In this document: positions 36,014-43,843 of the stretch, one piece after another
Layout of the letters: every line of letters starts with the position of its first letter
Numbering within the stretch: the first letter of the stretch is position 1
NCBI GenBank assembly: GCA_964387265.1
Contig: CAYLWC010000012.1
Location: 2,737-66,736 of the forward strand
DNA: 64,000 bases
Direction: 5' to 3'
DNA from: an uncultured Vampirovibrionales bacterium
GTDB taxonomy: Bacteria; Cyanobacteriota; Vampirovibrionia; Vampirovibrionales; Vampirovibrionaceae
Notes under the pieces: generated by a model
Told to the model about the DNA's origin: nothing
Database searches by the model: none
What the model saw: only the letters and a program-made list of their open reading frames with translations
Made by a program: the position numbers and the translations under genes

Positions 36014-37465
36014 ATGGCACGTGCATCGTTTGCAGATCTACCGAGTCAAGCCTGGCAGCACGTCAAAGAGCGCATCAATAAAATTGACGTGTTTGATGAA
36101 ACCAAGGTCGACAAGCAAAAAGACTCACCGTGGTACCAATTGGGCAGCATGTACTACCTGTTTTGGGTCGTGGTCATGGCCACGGGTGGCATCCTGATTG
36201 CTTTGTACCTTCCCACTACGGCGCAAGCCTATGATTCGGTTGGCGGACTCTCTCACAATGCCTTGGGCTCCATCCTCCGCGGTCTCCATAAGTACGGGGG
36301 CGATGCCATGATCATTGCCGCCACCTTGCGGATTTACCGGATGTGGTTCTCAGCCGAATACAAAAATAAGGGTGAGTTAACGTTTATTATCGCCATCCTC
36401 TTGTTGGTGGTCGCCATGTACTCCGGGTTGACTGGGTATCTGTTGATTTGGAACCAACGGGCGTTTTGGGCAACCAAGGTCTTTGCCACCTTCCCCACCT
36501 ATCTGGATATCACACCCACCTTCTGGAACTGGCCGTGGGATTTTGAGAACTACAACCGTACCTGGTTAATCCCCAACATCATTGGGGCTGTTACCAAAGT
36601 GATTGGGAACCTGACGCACCAGGGGATGAGTACTTCGCAAATCCTGATGGGGGGCAGCTCTATTGGGCAAGCCACCATGACCCGGTTCTACTCTCTCCAC
36701 TTTGCCTTTTCGCTCATCATGCTGGTTGTTACTGAAATTTACTTCTACAAAAACCGCATGAAACGGATTAACCTGAACCGAGGCGCTGTCTTGACCCTGT
36801 TGGGCATGCTGCTGTTTACCGCCATTATCTTCCCGGCAGAATCCGGCACCCGCGCCAACCCGGAAGTCACTCCGCTACCGATCCTCTCAGACTGGTACTT
36901 CCTGGCGCTGTATCAGATGCTGAAATATATGGATCCCTACTGGGCCACCATCTGGACTGTGGGGATTCCTTTTGTCACCATTGGTCTTACCTTTGTGGAT
37001 TTTGGAAACGAAACCAGCCCGTGGCGGCGGCCCATCTTTACGATGATTGGAATTTTGGCCATCATTGAGTTTATTGTGTTCTCTCTCCTGATTATTGCCA
37101 ATGTGGCCAATATCGAAACGGATCCGCCTTACTGGTTTGCCCACATGATTCTCTTTATCGCCATCGGGCAATTCTGGCACTGGGGTCTGTATAAACAACG
37201 CTTGCCGATGACGGTCTGGGTGTTGTTTAACATGATTACCAGCACCTGGTATCTGATCTTCTGGCATGTGATGGTGGGAGATTATCTGGCCCGATGGATT
37301 GACGGCCTGATGACAGGTACTACCACCCTTGAGAACCCGGCCAACCTGTACTGGAGCCTCATCTGGTTTGTCTTCTCGTTGGTTCAGATGCTGGCAGCTG
37401 GTTTTCTCTTCTGGCAAGACCGCAAGGCCCAGGAAGAAAAACGGCTTGAAGGAGCTACCGCATGA
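36014..37465 (+). CDS. Cytochrome b (long form with fused subunit-IV-like C-terminal part; Qo-site PEWY-like SDWYFLALY)
   Basis: Helix-B motif RGLHKYGGDAMIIAATLRIYRMWF and helix-D motif RFYSLHFAF…, each retaining only the first His. The positions of the second His are Arg and Tyr/Phe. Confidence 0.75.
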   Translation: MARASFADLPSQAWQHVKERINKIDVFDETKVDKQKDSPWYQLGSMYYLFWVVVMATGGILIALYLPTTAQAYDSVGGLSHNALGSILRGLHKYGGDAMIIAATLRIYRMWFSAEYKNKGELTFIIAILLLVVAMYSGLTGYLLIWNQRAFWATKVFATFPTYLDITPTFWNWPWDFENYNRTWLIPNIIGAVTKVIGNLTHQGMSTSQILMGGSSIGQATMTRFYSLHFAFSLIMLVVTEIYFYKNRMKRINLNRGAVLTLLGMLLFTAIIFPAESGTRANPEVTPLPILSDWYFLALYQMLKYMDPYWATIWTVGIPFVTIGLTFVDFGNETSPWRRPIFTMIGILAIIEFIVFSLLIIANVANIETDPPYWFAHMILFIAIGQFWHWGLYKQRLPMTVWVLFNMITSTWYLIFWHVMVGDYLARWIDGLMTGTTTLENPANLYWSLIWFVFSLVQMLAAGFLFWQDRKAQEEKRLEGATA

Positions 37466-37770
37466 TGACCGCTTCCACCCCGAAAAAACAGCCCCTGCAC
37501 CCCATACTCTGGTGGGTGCTGTTTGGTGTGGCCACGTTTCAATTGTCCCTGTGCCTGCAATCGTCCAGAGCGTTTTTCCTGGATACCAACTGGGGGAATG
37601 GCTTGCATTTGCTGGGGATGATTGCCCTGCTGGGTCTGGTGATGGGTGTTTTGATGTATGACAGTTACGTCAAGGAAAAGCACCAAGGGAAAATCCAGCG
37701 GCCGATTCGCTTGTTTGAGTGGCTCTATCAGCGCCAATATTCCAATAAAGGAGGCATGCACGTACTATGA
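37462..37770 (+). CDS. Small membrane protein (2 TM), operon-internal
   Basis: Start overlaps the upstream stop. Two hydrophobic helices. Confidence 0.45.
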   Translation: MMTASTPKKQPLHPILWWVLFGVATFQLSLCLQSSRAFFLDTNWGNGLHLLGMIALLGLVMGVLMYDSYVKEKHQGKIQRPIRLFEWLYQRQYSNKGGMHVL

Positions 37771-38021
37771 AATTGAAGATGAAGGACATTCTGGCCATTC
37801 TTTTAGCCATTCTTGCCAGTGCCGGCATCTTTGGCATGCTGGTGGGCGAGGGCAGCATCGTACCCGCCTCAGATAATGGCGAAATGCTGGAAGGGCTGAA
37901 AATGTACCTGACCGGCTTTGGCTGGATTTGCTTATTGGTCGGGGCAGCCTATGTCCTGACGGGTTATCGGGATCGGGTGGAGACCGATTTGCTTCACCCC
38001 GATGAAGAAGAACAGTCGTAA
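37767..38021 (+). CDS. Small membrane protein (2 TM), operon-internal
   Basis: Start overlaps the upstream stop. Two hydrophobic helices and an acidic tail. Confidence 0.45.
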   Translation: MKLKMKDILAILLAILASAGIFGMLVGEGSIVPASDNGEMLEGLKMYLTGFGWICLLVGAAYVLTGYRDRVETDLLHPDEEEQS

Positions 38022-38036
38022 GGAAGGAGTCATCAG

Positions 38037-39176
38037 GTGTATACCGAACCCTTGCAACGCGCAACCCTCTGGTTAGAAAAAGGGCTGAATGCGATTTTTT
38101 CCCAAAAATACAACCCCTTTTACTACCACGGGGCCCTGCCCAATTACTTTATCTGGGTCCTGTTTCTCTCCGGGCTGCTCTTATTTGCCTACTACATCCC
38201 GACCCTGGAAAACGCCTATAACTCGGTGAGCTACATCACCCACTCCATCCCATTTGGCAACGCGTTCCGAACCATCCATCGCTATGCTGGTGATGGGATG
38301 ATGATCTTTGTGATGCTGCACCTGGCGCGGGTCTGGTTTACCGATCGTTACCGCGAATACCGGATTGTCCCCTGGATTACCGGGGTGATTCTCTTGATTC
38401 TGACCTTCCTGGTAGGGTTAACCGGATATTTGCTGATCTGGGATCAGGAAGCGGTGACGCTCACCAACTTGACCGTCAACTTCCTCAATCAATTGCCGCT
38501 CATCGGACCGCCCACGGCGGAGTTCTTGATTGCCGGAAAAATCATTACCGATTACTCTTTAACCCGGTTCCTCTTTTTGCATTTGGCCATTCCCCTGGCC
38601 CTGATGTTTTTCCTCTGGATGCATTACATTCGGATTACCCGACCGGTGACCAACCCGCCGTTGGCTCTGGTGGTTCTGTTAACTGGGGGGTTATTTACCA
38701 TTGCCGGGGCGTATCCGGTGGAACTGGGAGAAGCCCCCAGCTTAACCGCAGTCAGCTCTACCGTGGAACTGGATTTACTTTACGCCTGGCCCCAATACTT
38801 GGTACTGCAAGGTGTTTCGCCTAGTCTGGTCTGGCTGCTAGTGCTCTTGGTTCCGGTTGGTTTACTGGTGCTACCCTACCTGCAGAAAAAAGCCCTGCGA
38901 GGCCAGTACGCCAACGTCATCCGAGAAAACTGTACAGGTTGCTCCCTGTGCTATCATGATTGCCCTTATGAAGCCATTACCATGGTGGATCGAGGCAACG
39001 ATGGCACCCGGTTCAAGCGTCTGGCCGTGGTGGATCCAGGTCGGTGTTCCAACTGCGGACTCTGTGTTGGCGCATGTGCCTTTAAGGCCATTGAAATCCC
39101 CCGGTGTGAAACTCCGGATGTTCTATCAGAAATTGAGTTAGCTTTAAGCCAGTCTTCCAATAAGGCTTCAGTGTGA
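38037..39176 (+). CDS. Cytochrome b (b6-like, four-His di-heme) fused to a C-terminal 2x[4Fe-4S] ferredoxin domain
   Basis: GTG start. Helix B IHRYAGDGMMIFVMLHLARVWF (H-x13-H). Helix D LFLHLAIPLALMFFLWMHY (H-x13-H). C-terminus CTGCSLCYHDCP … CSNCGLCVGACA. Confidence 0.7.
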   Translation: MYTEPLQRATLWLEKGLNAIFSQKYNPFYYHGALPNYFIWVLFLSGLLLFAYYIPTLENAYNSVSYITHSIPFGNAFRTIHRYAGDGMMIFVMLHLARVWFTDRYREYRIVPWITGVILLILTFLVGLTGYLLIWDQEAVTLTNLTVNFLNQLPLIGPPTAEFLIAGKIITDYSLTRFLFLHLAIPLALMFFLWMHYIRITRPVTNPPLALVVLLTGGLFTIAGAYPVELGEAPSLTAVSSTVELDLLYAWPQYLVLQGVSPSLVWLLVLLVPVGLLVLPYLQKKALRGQYANVIRENCTGCSLCYHDCPYEAITMVDRGNDGTRFKRLAVVDPGRCSNCGLCVGACAFKAIEIPRCETPDVLSEIELALSQSSNKASV

Positions 39177-39189
39177 GGTTTTTGCAACA

Positions 39190-39597
39190 ATGACCAAAGA
39201 AACAAAAATGATTGGAATTGTCTGTGAACGGAGTACCGATCTCACCGATCGCCTGGATGAGAACGGCTATCTGAAAGACAACCCCGATGTCAAAGTCATC
39301 ACCGTGCCGTGTAGTGGGATGATCCAGCCGATTATGCTGGAAACCGCCCTGAAAAAAGGCGCTGATGGGGTTTTCACCTGTGGCTGCCGGATCGGAGATT
39401 GCCACTACCGGGAAGGGAATAAATTCCTTCGCGAGCGCCTCCTAGGCAAGCGGATGCCCAAGCTGAAGCCCAATGTGGATAAAAGTCGCATTCAAGCCTA
39501 CTGGCTCTCGGCGCTAGAATACGATAAATTTAAAGACATGGTGAATGAATTCCATGAAACCTGTCAAAAGAAAGAAACAACGGCTGAAAAGTCATAG
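39190..39597 (+). CDS. MvhD/FlpD-family protein (methyl-viologen-reducing hydrogenase delta-subunit-like [2Fe-2S] domain)
   Basis: Motif …VPCSGMIQPIMLETALKKGADGVFTCGCRIGDCHYREGN… matches the FlpD/MvhD Cys pattern. 135 aa. Lies 14 nt after the cyt b-ferredoxin gene. Confidence 0.55.
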   Translation: MTKETKMIGIVCERSTDLTDRLDENGYLKDNPDVKVITVPCSGMIQPIMLETALKKGADGVFTCGCRIGDCHYREGNKFLRERLLGKRMPKLKPNVDKSRIQAYWLSALEYDKFKDMVNEFHETCQKKETTAEKS

Positions 39598-39742
39598 AGG
39601 AGAAGGTTGTTCTCATGGATAAGCGGGAAGATATTTCACTGTTTTTGAAGAATGTTTGGTTCTTTCTGTTTTATTTTGCCCTGTTACTGATGATTGCCAG
39701 CTTTGGCTTGATTGCAGAAACTTAAAAAGAGAGAGGAAAACC

Positions 39743-40150
39743 ATGGTCCATCACCCAGAACGCTCTGAACAAGAGTCCAAGCCTGGATATCGCATCCAGT
39801 GGTTCTTTCATGAATTCTGGCCAATCCTACTCTTTGGCTCCTTTTTTGTAATTATGTGTGCATTGCCCCTGATTTTATCGAGTCAATTTGCGGCCATGCG
39901 GGATTTTTCCACCTCGGATATCGTCTGGGGTCCTTATGGCTTATTGATTATCGGGGCCTTTTTGGTGGCCATCCTGCTGACGTTTTTTGCGCCCCGGTTG
40001 CTGGCTTGGTATCTCTTCCTCCTGGGTGTGTTGGCCTTGGTGTTGGCCGAAGGCACGGCGGCCTTCCGCGTGGGCGCCTCGGTTGCTATTGTATTTCTGG
40101 GCTTTGTCCTCTTTGGCATCTTTGTTCTCCCGCAAAAGCGTAACAAATAG
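39743..40150 (+). CDS. Hypothetical integral membrane protein (about 4 TM)
   Basis: Internal ATG after a GAGAGG SD. Hydrophobic. Preceded by a 36-aa hydrophobic mini-ORF (39614..39723). Confidence 0.4.
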   Translation: MVHHPERSEQESKPGYRIQWFFHEFWPILLFGSFFVIMCALPLILSSQFAAMRDFSTSDIVWGPYGLLIIGAFLVAILLTFFAPRLLAWYLFLLGVLALVLAEGTAAFRVGASVAIVFLGFVLFGIFVLPQKRNK

Positions 40151-40173
40151 CCTGGGAACAATCGCGCAAAAAC

Positions 40174-40203
40174 TTGTCATGCAAATTGGCTTTGTGCTAC
40201 AAC
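40174..40203 (+). promoter_or_regulatory. Candidate sigma70 promoter for rpsP (-35 TTGTCA, 18-nt spacer, -10 TACAAC)
   Basis: By eye. Weak -10. 35 nt upstream of the rpsP ATG. Confidence 0.2.
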
Positions 40204-40238
40204 ATTAAAAGTCCAGACAAATAGGAGATTGCACTTGC

Positions 40239-40664
40239 ATGGTTAGAATTCGGTTAAAGCGTATTGGTCGTAAAAAGCGCCCTTTCTATCGGATTGTGGT
40301 GACGGATAAACGGAACCGTCGGGATGGAGCGGCCTTGCAAGAGCTTGGATACTACAACCCCATCTTGAAAGAATTAAAGCTGGACAAGCAAGCGGCCCTG
40401 GAGTGGATCGCCAAAGGCGCTTCCGCCAGTGAAGCTGCGCAACGGCTGATTGATAAAGCCAGCGAGAATGGTGAACTGGTTAAGCTGGAAGTCAAAAAAC
40501 AGCAACAGCTCTCCAAAAAGGCCAAAGCCAAAGCGGAAGCGGAACAGCAAGCTCAAACGGAAGCCGCTTCAGCCGAAACTGCAGCCCCTCCGGCTGAGGA
40601 AGCCCCGGCAGCAACTGCTGAGGCAGAAGCTCCCGCCCCGGAAGAGGCAGCCCAAGAGGCCTAA
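40239..40664 (+). CDS. rpsP: 30S ribosomal protein S16 with a long Ala/Glu/Lys-rich C-terminal extension
   Basis: N-terminus MVRIRLKRIGRKKRPFYRIVVTDKRNRRDG… is canonical S16. A low-complexity tail of about 55 aa follows. Confidence 0.85.
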   Translation: MVRIRLKRIGRKKRPFYRIVVTDKRNRRDGAALQELGYYNPILKELKLDKQAALEWIAKGASASEAAQRLIDKASENGELVKLEVKKQQQLSKKAKAKAEAEQQAQTEAASAETAAPPAEEAPAATAEAEAPAPEEAAQEA

Positions 40665-40705
40665 GCGCCAGCACCTCACACCACTGTTTTATATAAACCA
40701 AAAAA

Positions 40706-40732
40706 CCGACCAGATCCTCTGGTCGGTTTTTT
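40706..40732. terminator. Strong bidirectional Rho-independent terminator (AAAAAA-CCGACCAG-ATCCT-CTGGTCGG-TTTTTT)
   Basis: Read from the sequence. Serves rpsP on the + strand and the convergent minus-strand gene ending at 40755. Confidence 0.8.
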
Positions 40733-40754
40733 CGATACCTTGCCGTATACCGGC

Positions 40755-41729
40755 TTAGCGGGCGGCTTTTTCCGGGGGGGCATTCTCCAAAACGGCCAGG
40801 GCATCTGGCCCCACCAGCATGGCTAGCGCATTTCTGGCTTTAAGATAAGCTTGCCGGGTTTGGAGCTCTTCTTGATAAGCCGCATCTTGCAGCGACGTGA
40901 CAATGGGCTGAAACACCGGCTCAATAGGACTTTCCTCAGCCCGGATCTGCAGGACCCGATGGGCTTCTTGGGCCAAATTCCACCGCTCGCGAGCATGGCG
41001 AAAATCATAGTAGCGTTCAATAACCTGCGTTTGCAGGGCTTCCACCTCTTTGGCCAAAATGACCATATCGGCATCGGTTACCCGCATCTTGGACATATCG
41101 GTCCCGTCGGCAAAAAGCATATCTTCTAGCATGTTGCTGCCAATCAGCCCGGCAGGGGTACCGGTCCACATGGAGCTTGCGACACCACCCAGGCGGGTCA
41201 CATTCTGCAAGAGGCGTTTTGCCAGACCATCGTTTTCAACCGGCTCCCCAGTCGCATCCCGACGTGACAGCTTTTCAATGGCATACCGAATCGCTCCGCT
41301 CCGCTCAACCGCCGCTTGCCACAACATCCCAATGTCCTTGGCCGCCAGCTCTTCATCATCCCGAAGCTCATGGTAAATGGCTCGAGCTTCCAGGTTCAGG
41401 GCCTCGCTCATTTCAACCAGCGTCTTTCGGGTCTCCGGGTCCAAGCCCTCCGGCAGAGCCAGCGCTGGCGGATTCTTTTCCGCCGGGGTCGATGTTTTCT
41501 TCAAACGCTCCGATGCCTTTGTCTTTTGGCTTGTGGTTTTCTTGGCGTCTGAGGCCTTTTTCTGCACGGCCTCTTTTTTGACGTCTTTCTTTGCCGCCCG
41601 CTGCGTATCCAGCAGCATGGGCGGGTTTTTTTCAGCCGCCGCCACCGGAATCGTCACGGACAGGGCCAGCAGTAACCCCAATACAGTGATAGTGCCTGTT
41701 TTCATTCTCTGTTGCATGTGCCCACTCAC
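40755..41729 (-). CDS. Secreted hypothetical protein (helical; TolC/outer-membrane-efflux-protein-like repeat?)
   Basis: Signal peptide. Shares the motif MLWQAAVERSGAIRYAIEKLS and a similar C-terminus with the upstream paralog. Confidence 0.4.
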   Translation of the reverse strand: MSGHMQQRMKTGTITVLGLLLALSVTIPVAAAEKNPPMLLDTQRAAKKDVKKEAVQKKASDAKKTTSQKTKASERLKKTSTPAEKNPPALALPEGLDPETRKTLVEMSEALNLEARAIYHELRDDEELAAKDIGMLWQAAVERSGAIRYAIEKLSRRDATGEPVENDGLAKRLLQNVTRLGGVASSMWTGTPAGLIGSNMLEDMLFADGTDMSKMRVTDADMVILAKEVEALQTQVIERYYDFRHARERWNLAQEAHRVLQIRAEESPIEPVFQPIVTSLQDAAYQEELQTRQAYLKARNALAMLVGPDALAVLENAPPEKAAR

Positions 41730-42871
41730 TCCTTGACCTGATCATCCGCCACGGGCAGATCCGGGGGCGGTGGCCCCACCAGACCGGACGGGACAGTCGC
41801 CATCGTCGCATCCGTTTGGCTCTTTAAGGTAGGGGTTAATTCCAGCTGCTCGGGCAGCTCCTGGGGCAGTTGGGGGGCCTGCCCAGCCGCAAATTGGGCG
41901 GATTCTTCCGGGTTAACCAACAGAGCCAGTTGCAGATCCGAAACCGGCTCGGGTCCGGCCAAACGTTCCAGCTGAATCCGGTATATTTTAGCCTGTTGCC
42001 TTAGCTTCAACTCATTCAGCGAGGCTTGGTAATAGGTCCGGGCGGCGGCCGTGATGGCCAATGCGTTTCTAGACTGCAGCGCCTCCGTATACAGGGCGTT
42101 GTTTTTCAACACCAGCTGGTGGGCTTCTGTCAGTTGCAACAAGGTATTTTTATAGCCATGATAATTTTCAACCAGCCGCACCTTTAGTTCATCAATGAGA
42201 CCTGCCAACTGAATCTGCTCGGTGGGCGTCAGAATATCCCCCGCCGGTTGCGGGTTGCCATTGACCATGTTTTGAGCCGCGTTCCCCAAGGCCATCGCCG
42301 TCATGTTCTGATAATAGCTGCTTCCACCTGCAACACCGGGCATCATGGTGGCCCCCATCGTGGCGCCTTGAATCATCAGGCTCAGGGTCTTTTTCATAAA
42401 CTGGCTGGATTTTTTAGGCTGCAGATCCACCGGGGTGCTGAGCTTTTCCAGAGAAAAGCGAATCACCGGATTACGTTCCACGGTGGCTTCCCACAGCTGC
42501 CGTAAATCCGCCTCATCCAGTTTTTGCTGCATGGTTTTTAATTCCTGCAGAGGCTCGGTGGTATACTGTACCCCCAACTCTGTCTCCAATTTTTGAATTT
42601 TCGGGGTGACCTTGAAGGCCGGGGTGGTCACTGCAGTCAAAGCCACCGGCTCCACCGCGTTATCCTCAGATGGCTGAAAGTGTTCCGGGGTCAGGGGGCC
42701 ATTGATCACAGCCAGAGGCGGTAAAAAGTTCCGCTGGGGTAATTTCAATTCTTCTTGCGTTGCTTCTTTTTTCTTCTCTTTCCCCCAAGCAAACACAGCC
42801 GTTGGCGCCAAGGCCAGCATGGGAGCTAAAAGCAGGATAATCCCAACTTTCGCACTATGTATCAATCGCAT
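41726..42871 (-). CDS. Secreted hypothetical protein, paralog of the downstream gene
   Basis: Signal peptide. Motif LRQLWEATVERNPVIRFSLEKLS. 4-nt overlap with the next gene. Confidence 0.4.
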   Translation of the reverse strand: MRLIHSAKVGIILLLAPMLALAPTAVFAWGKEKKKEATQEELKLPQRNFLPPLAVINGPLTPEHFQPSEDNAVEPVALTAVTTPAFKVTPKIQKLETELGVQYTTEPLQELKTMQQKLDEADLRQLWEATVERNPVIRFSLEKLSTPVDLQPKKSSQFMKKTLSLMIQGATMGATMMPGVAGGSSYYQNMTAMALGNAAQNMVNGNPQPAGDILTPTEQIQLAGLIDELKVRLVENYHGYKNTLLQLTEAHQLVLKNNALYTEALQSRNALAITAAARTYYQASLNELKLRQQAKIYRIQLERLAGPEPVSDLQLALLVNPEESAQFAAGQAPQLPQELPEQLELTPTLKSQTDATMATVPSGLVGPPPPDLPVADDQVKE

Positions 42872-43021
42872 GGTGACTCCTATCAGGCCGTTTTTTGAGG
42901 ATCGGGTTTGGTGGTAACATCATCATACTGCTTTCTCCTTGTATAAACCAGCAGCCATGGTATTGATTTCCATCACGACGTGGAATTGTAAAAAAAGTTT
43001 ATACCCGCTTCGCTCCCCAGT

Positions 43022-43669
43022 CTAGTACTGCTGGATTTCTTCGGACCCACTCACCGGACGGGCATTTTGTAAATCCATGGCATAGTAAGATCCCGGCTCA
43101 ATATACCCTTCTGCGGCATACCCCCGTTGCTGTGGTGTCCCAGCAAGCGGTTCTGCCGAAAACACCAGCCCGGATATTTGCGTTAACCCCTTATAGCTAT
43201 AACGATCAAACACCAGTAAGTGCCATGGTCCCCCATACACTGGTGGTAAAGGCTGGCCCGCTTCACTATGGCAAAGCAATGCTTTGCCTGATAGGGCATC
43301 GGCCAGCGGCAAACACTCCTGCTCCCCGGCCAGGTTTACCTGATGAATAAATTGGGCTTCCGGCAACGGGTTGACCCGCCGGATCAACTCTTCCAATAAA
43401 ACCCCTTGCCACTCGGAGCGATACGTCCAGCCCCCCACATCCACCAGTCGCCGGTTTTGGGTAACCTGAGGCCAGCTTTTCAACTCGGCATCCGTAAACT
43501 GGCCTGGATTTTCCACCAAGCCACTTATCGTTAGGATCCATTCATGCGGCTGGATGGACACTATTCCTTGTTGATACACGGCAGGCCAAGGGCGGGCAGT
43601 CGCCAGGGGGTTCTCCTGGGCAGCCGTGGCTTGGGAACGGGTGTATAAACTATGAAACATGGAAGCCAT
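43022..43669 (-). CDS. Molybdopterin-binding oxidoreductase domain protein (sulfite-oxidase / YedY-MsrP family)
   Basis: Moco-binding-domain pattern by eye. Shorter than MsrP and no Tat signal seen. Confidence 0.45.
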   Translation of the reverse strand: MASMFHSLYTRSQATAAQENPLATARPWPAVYQQGIVSIQPHEWILTISGLVENPGQFTDAELKSWPQVTQNRRLVDVGGWTYRSEWQGVLLEELIRRVNPLPEAQFIHQVNLAGEQECLPLADALSGKALLCHSEAGQPLPPVYGGPWHLLVFDRYSYKGLTQISGLVFSAEPLAGTPQQRGYAAEGYIEPGSYYAMDLQNARPVSGSEEIQQY

Positions 43670-43843
43670 TGTATCACAAGGTCAGCCCGGAAAAGAGGAT
43701 CGATCCCCCAGCCGGTCCGTCCTCAGAGCCGAAGTCGAAACTTTTGGTTGACCTGGCACGTCTCCAAAATCAACGTTTTCTTTTTCGGGGAAACGTGTTT
43801 ATGGTATATCATAGAAAAAAGGAAGAGCAGGGTTTTCCACCAG

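Noticed and set aside
39614-39723. 36-aa hydrophobic mini-ORF (MDKREDISLFLKNVWFFLFYFALLLMIASFGLIAET) after the MvhD-like gene
   Set aside because: Plausible as a tiny membrane peptide, and its ATG is 6 nt after GGAGAAGG. It is too short to support without conservation data. Mentioned only in passing.
43652-43843. N-terminal extension of the lptA ORF (MKHGSHCITRS…)
   Set aside because: Overlaps the 5' end of the convergent/divergent Moco-oxidoreductase gene and the intergenic region. The internal Met gives a canonical signal peptide.
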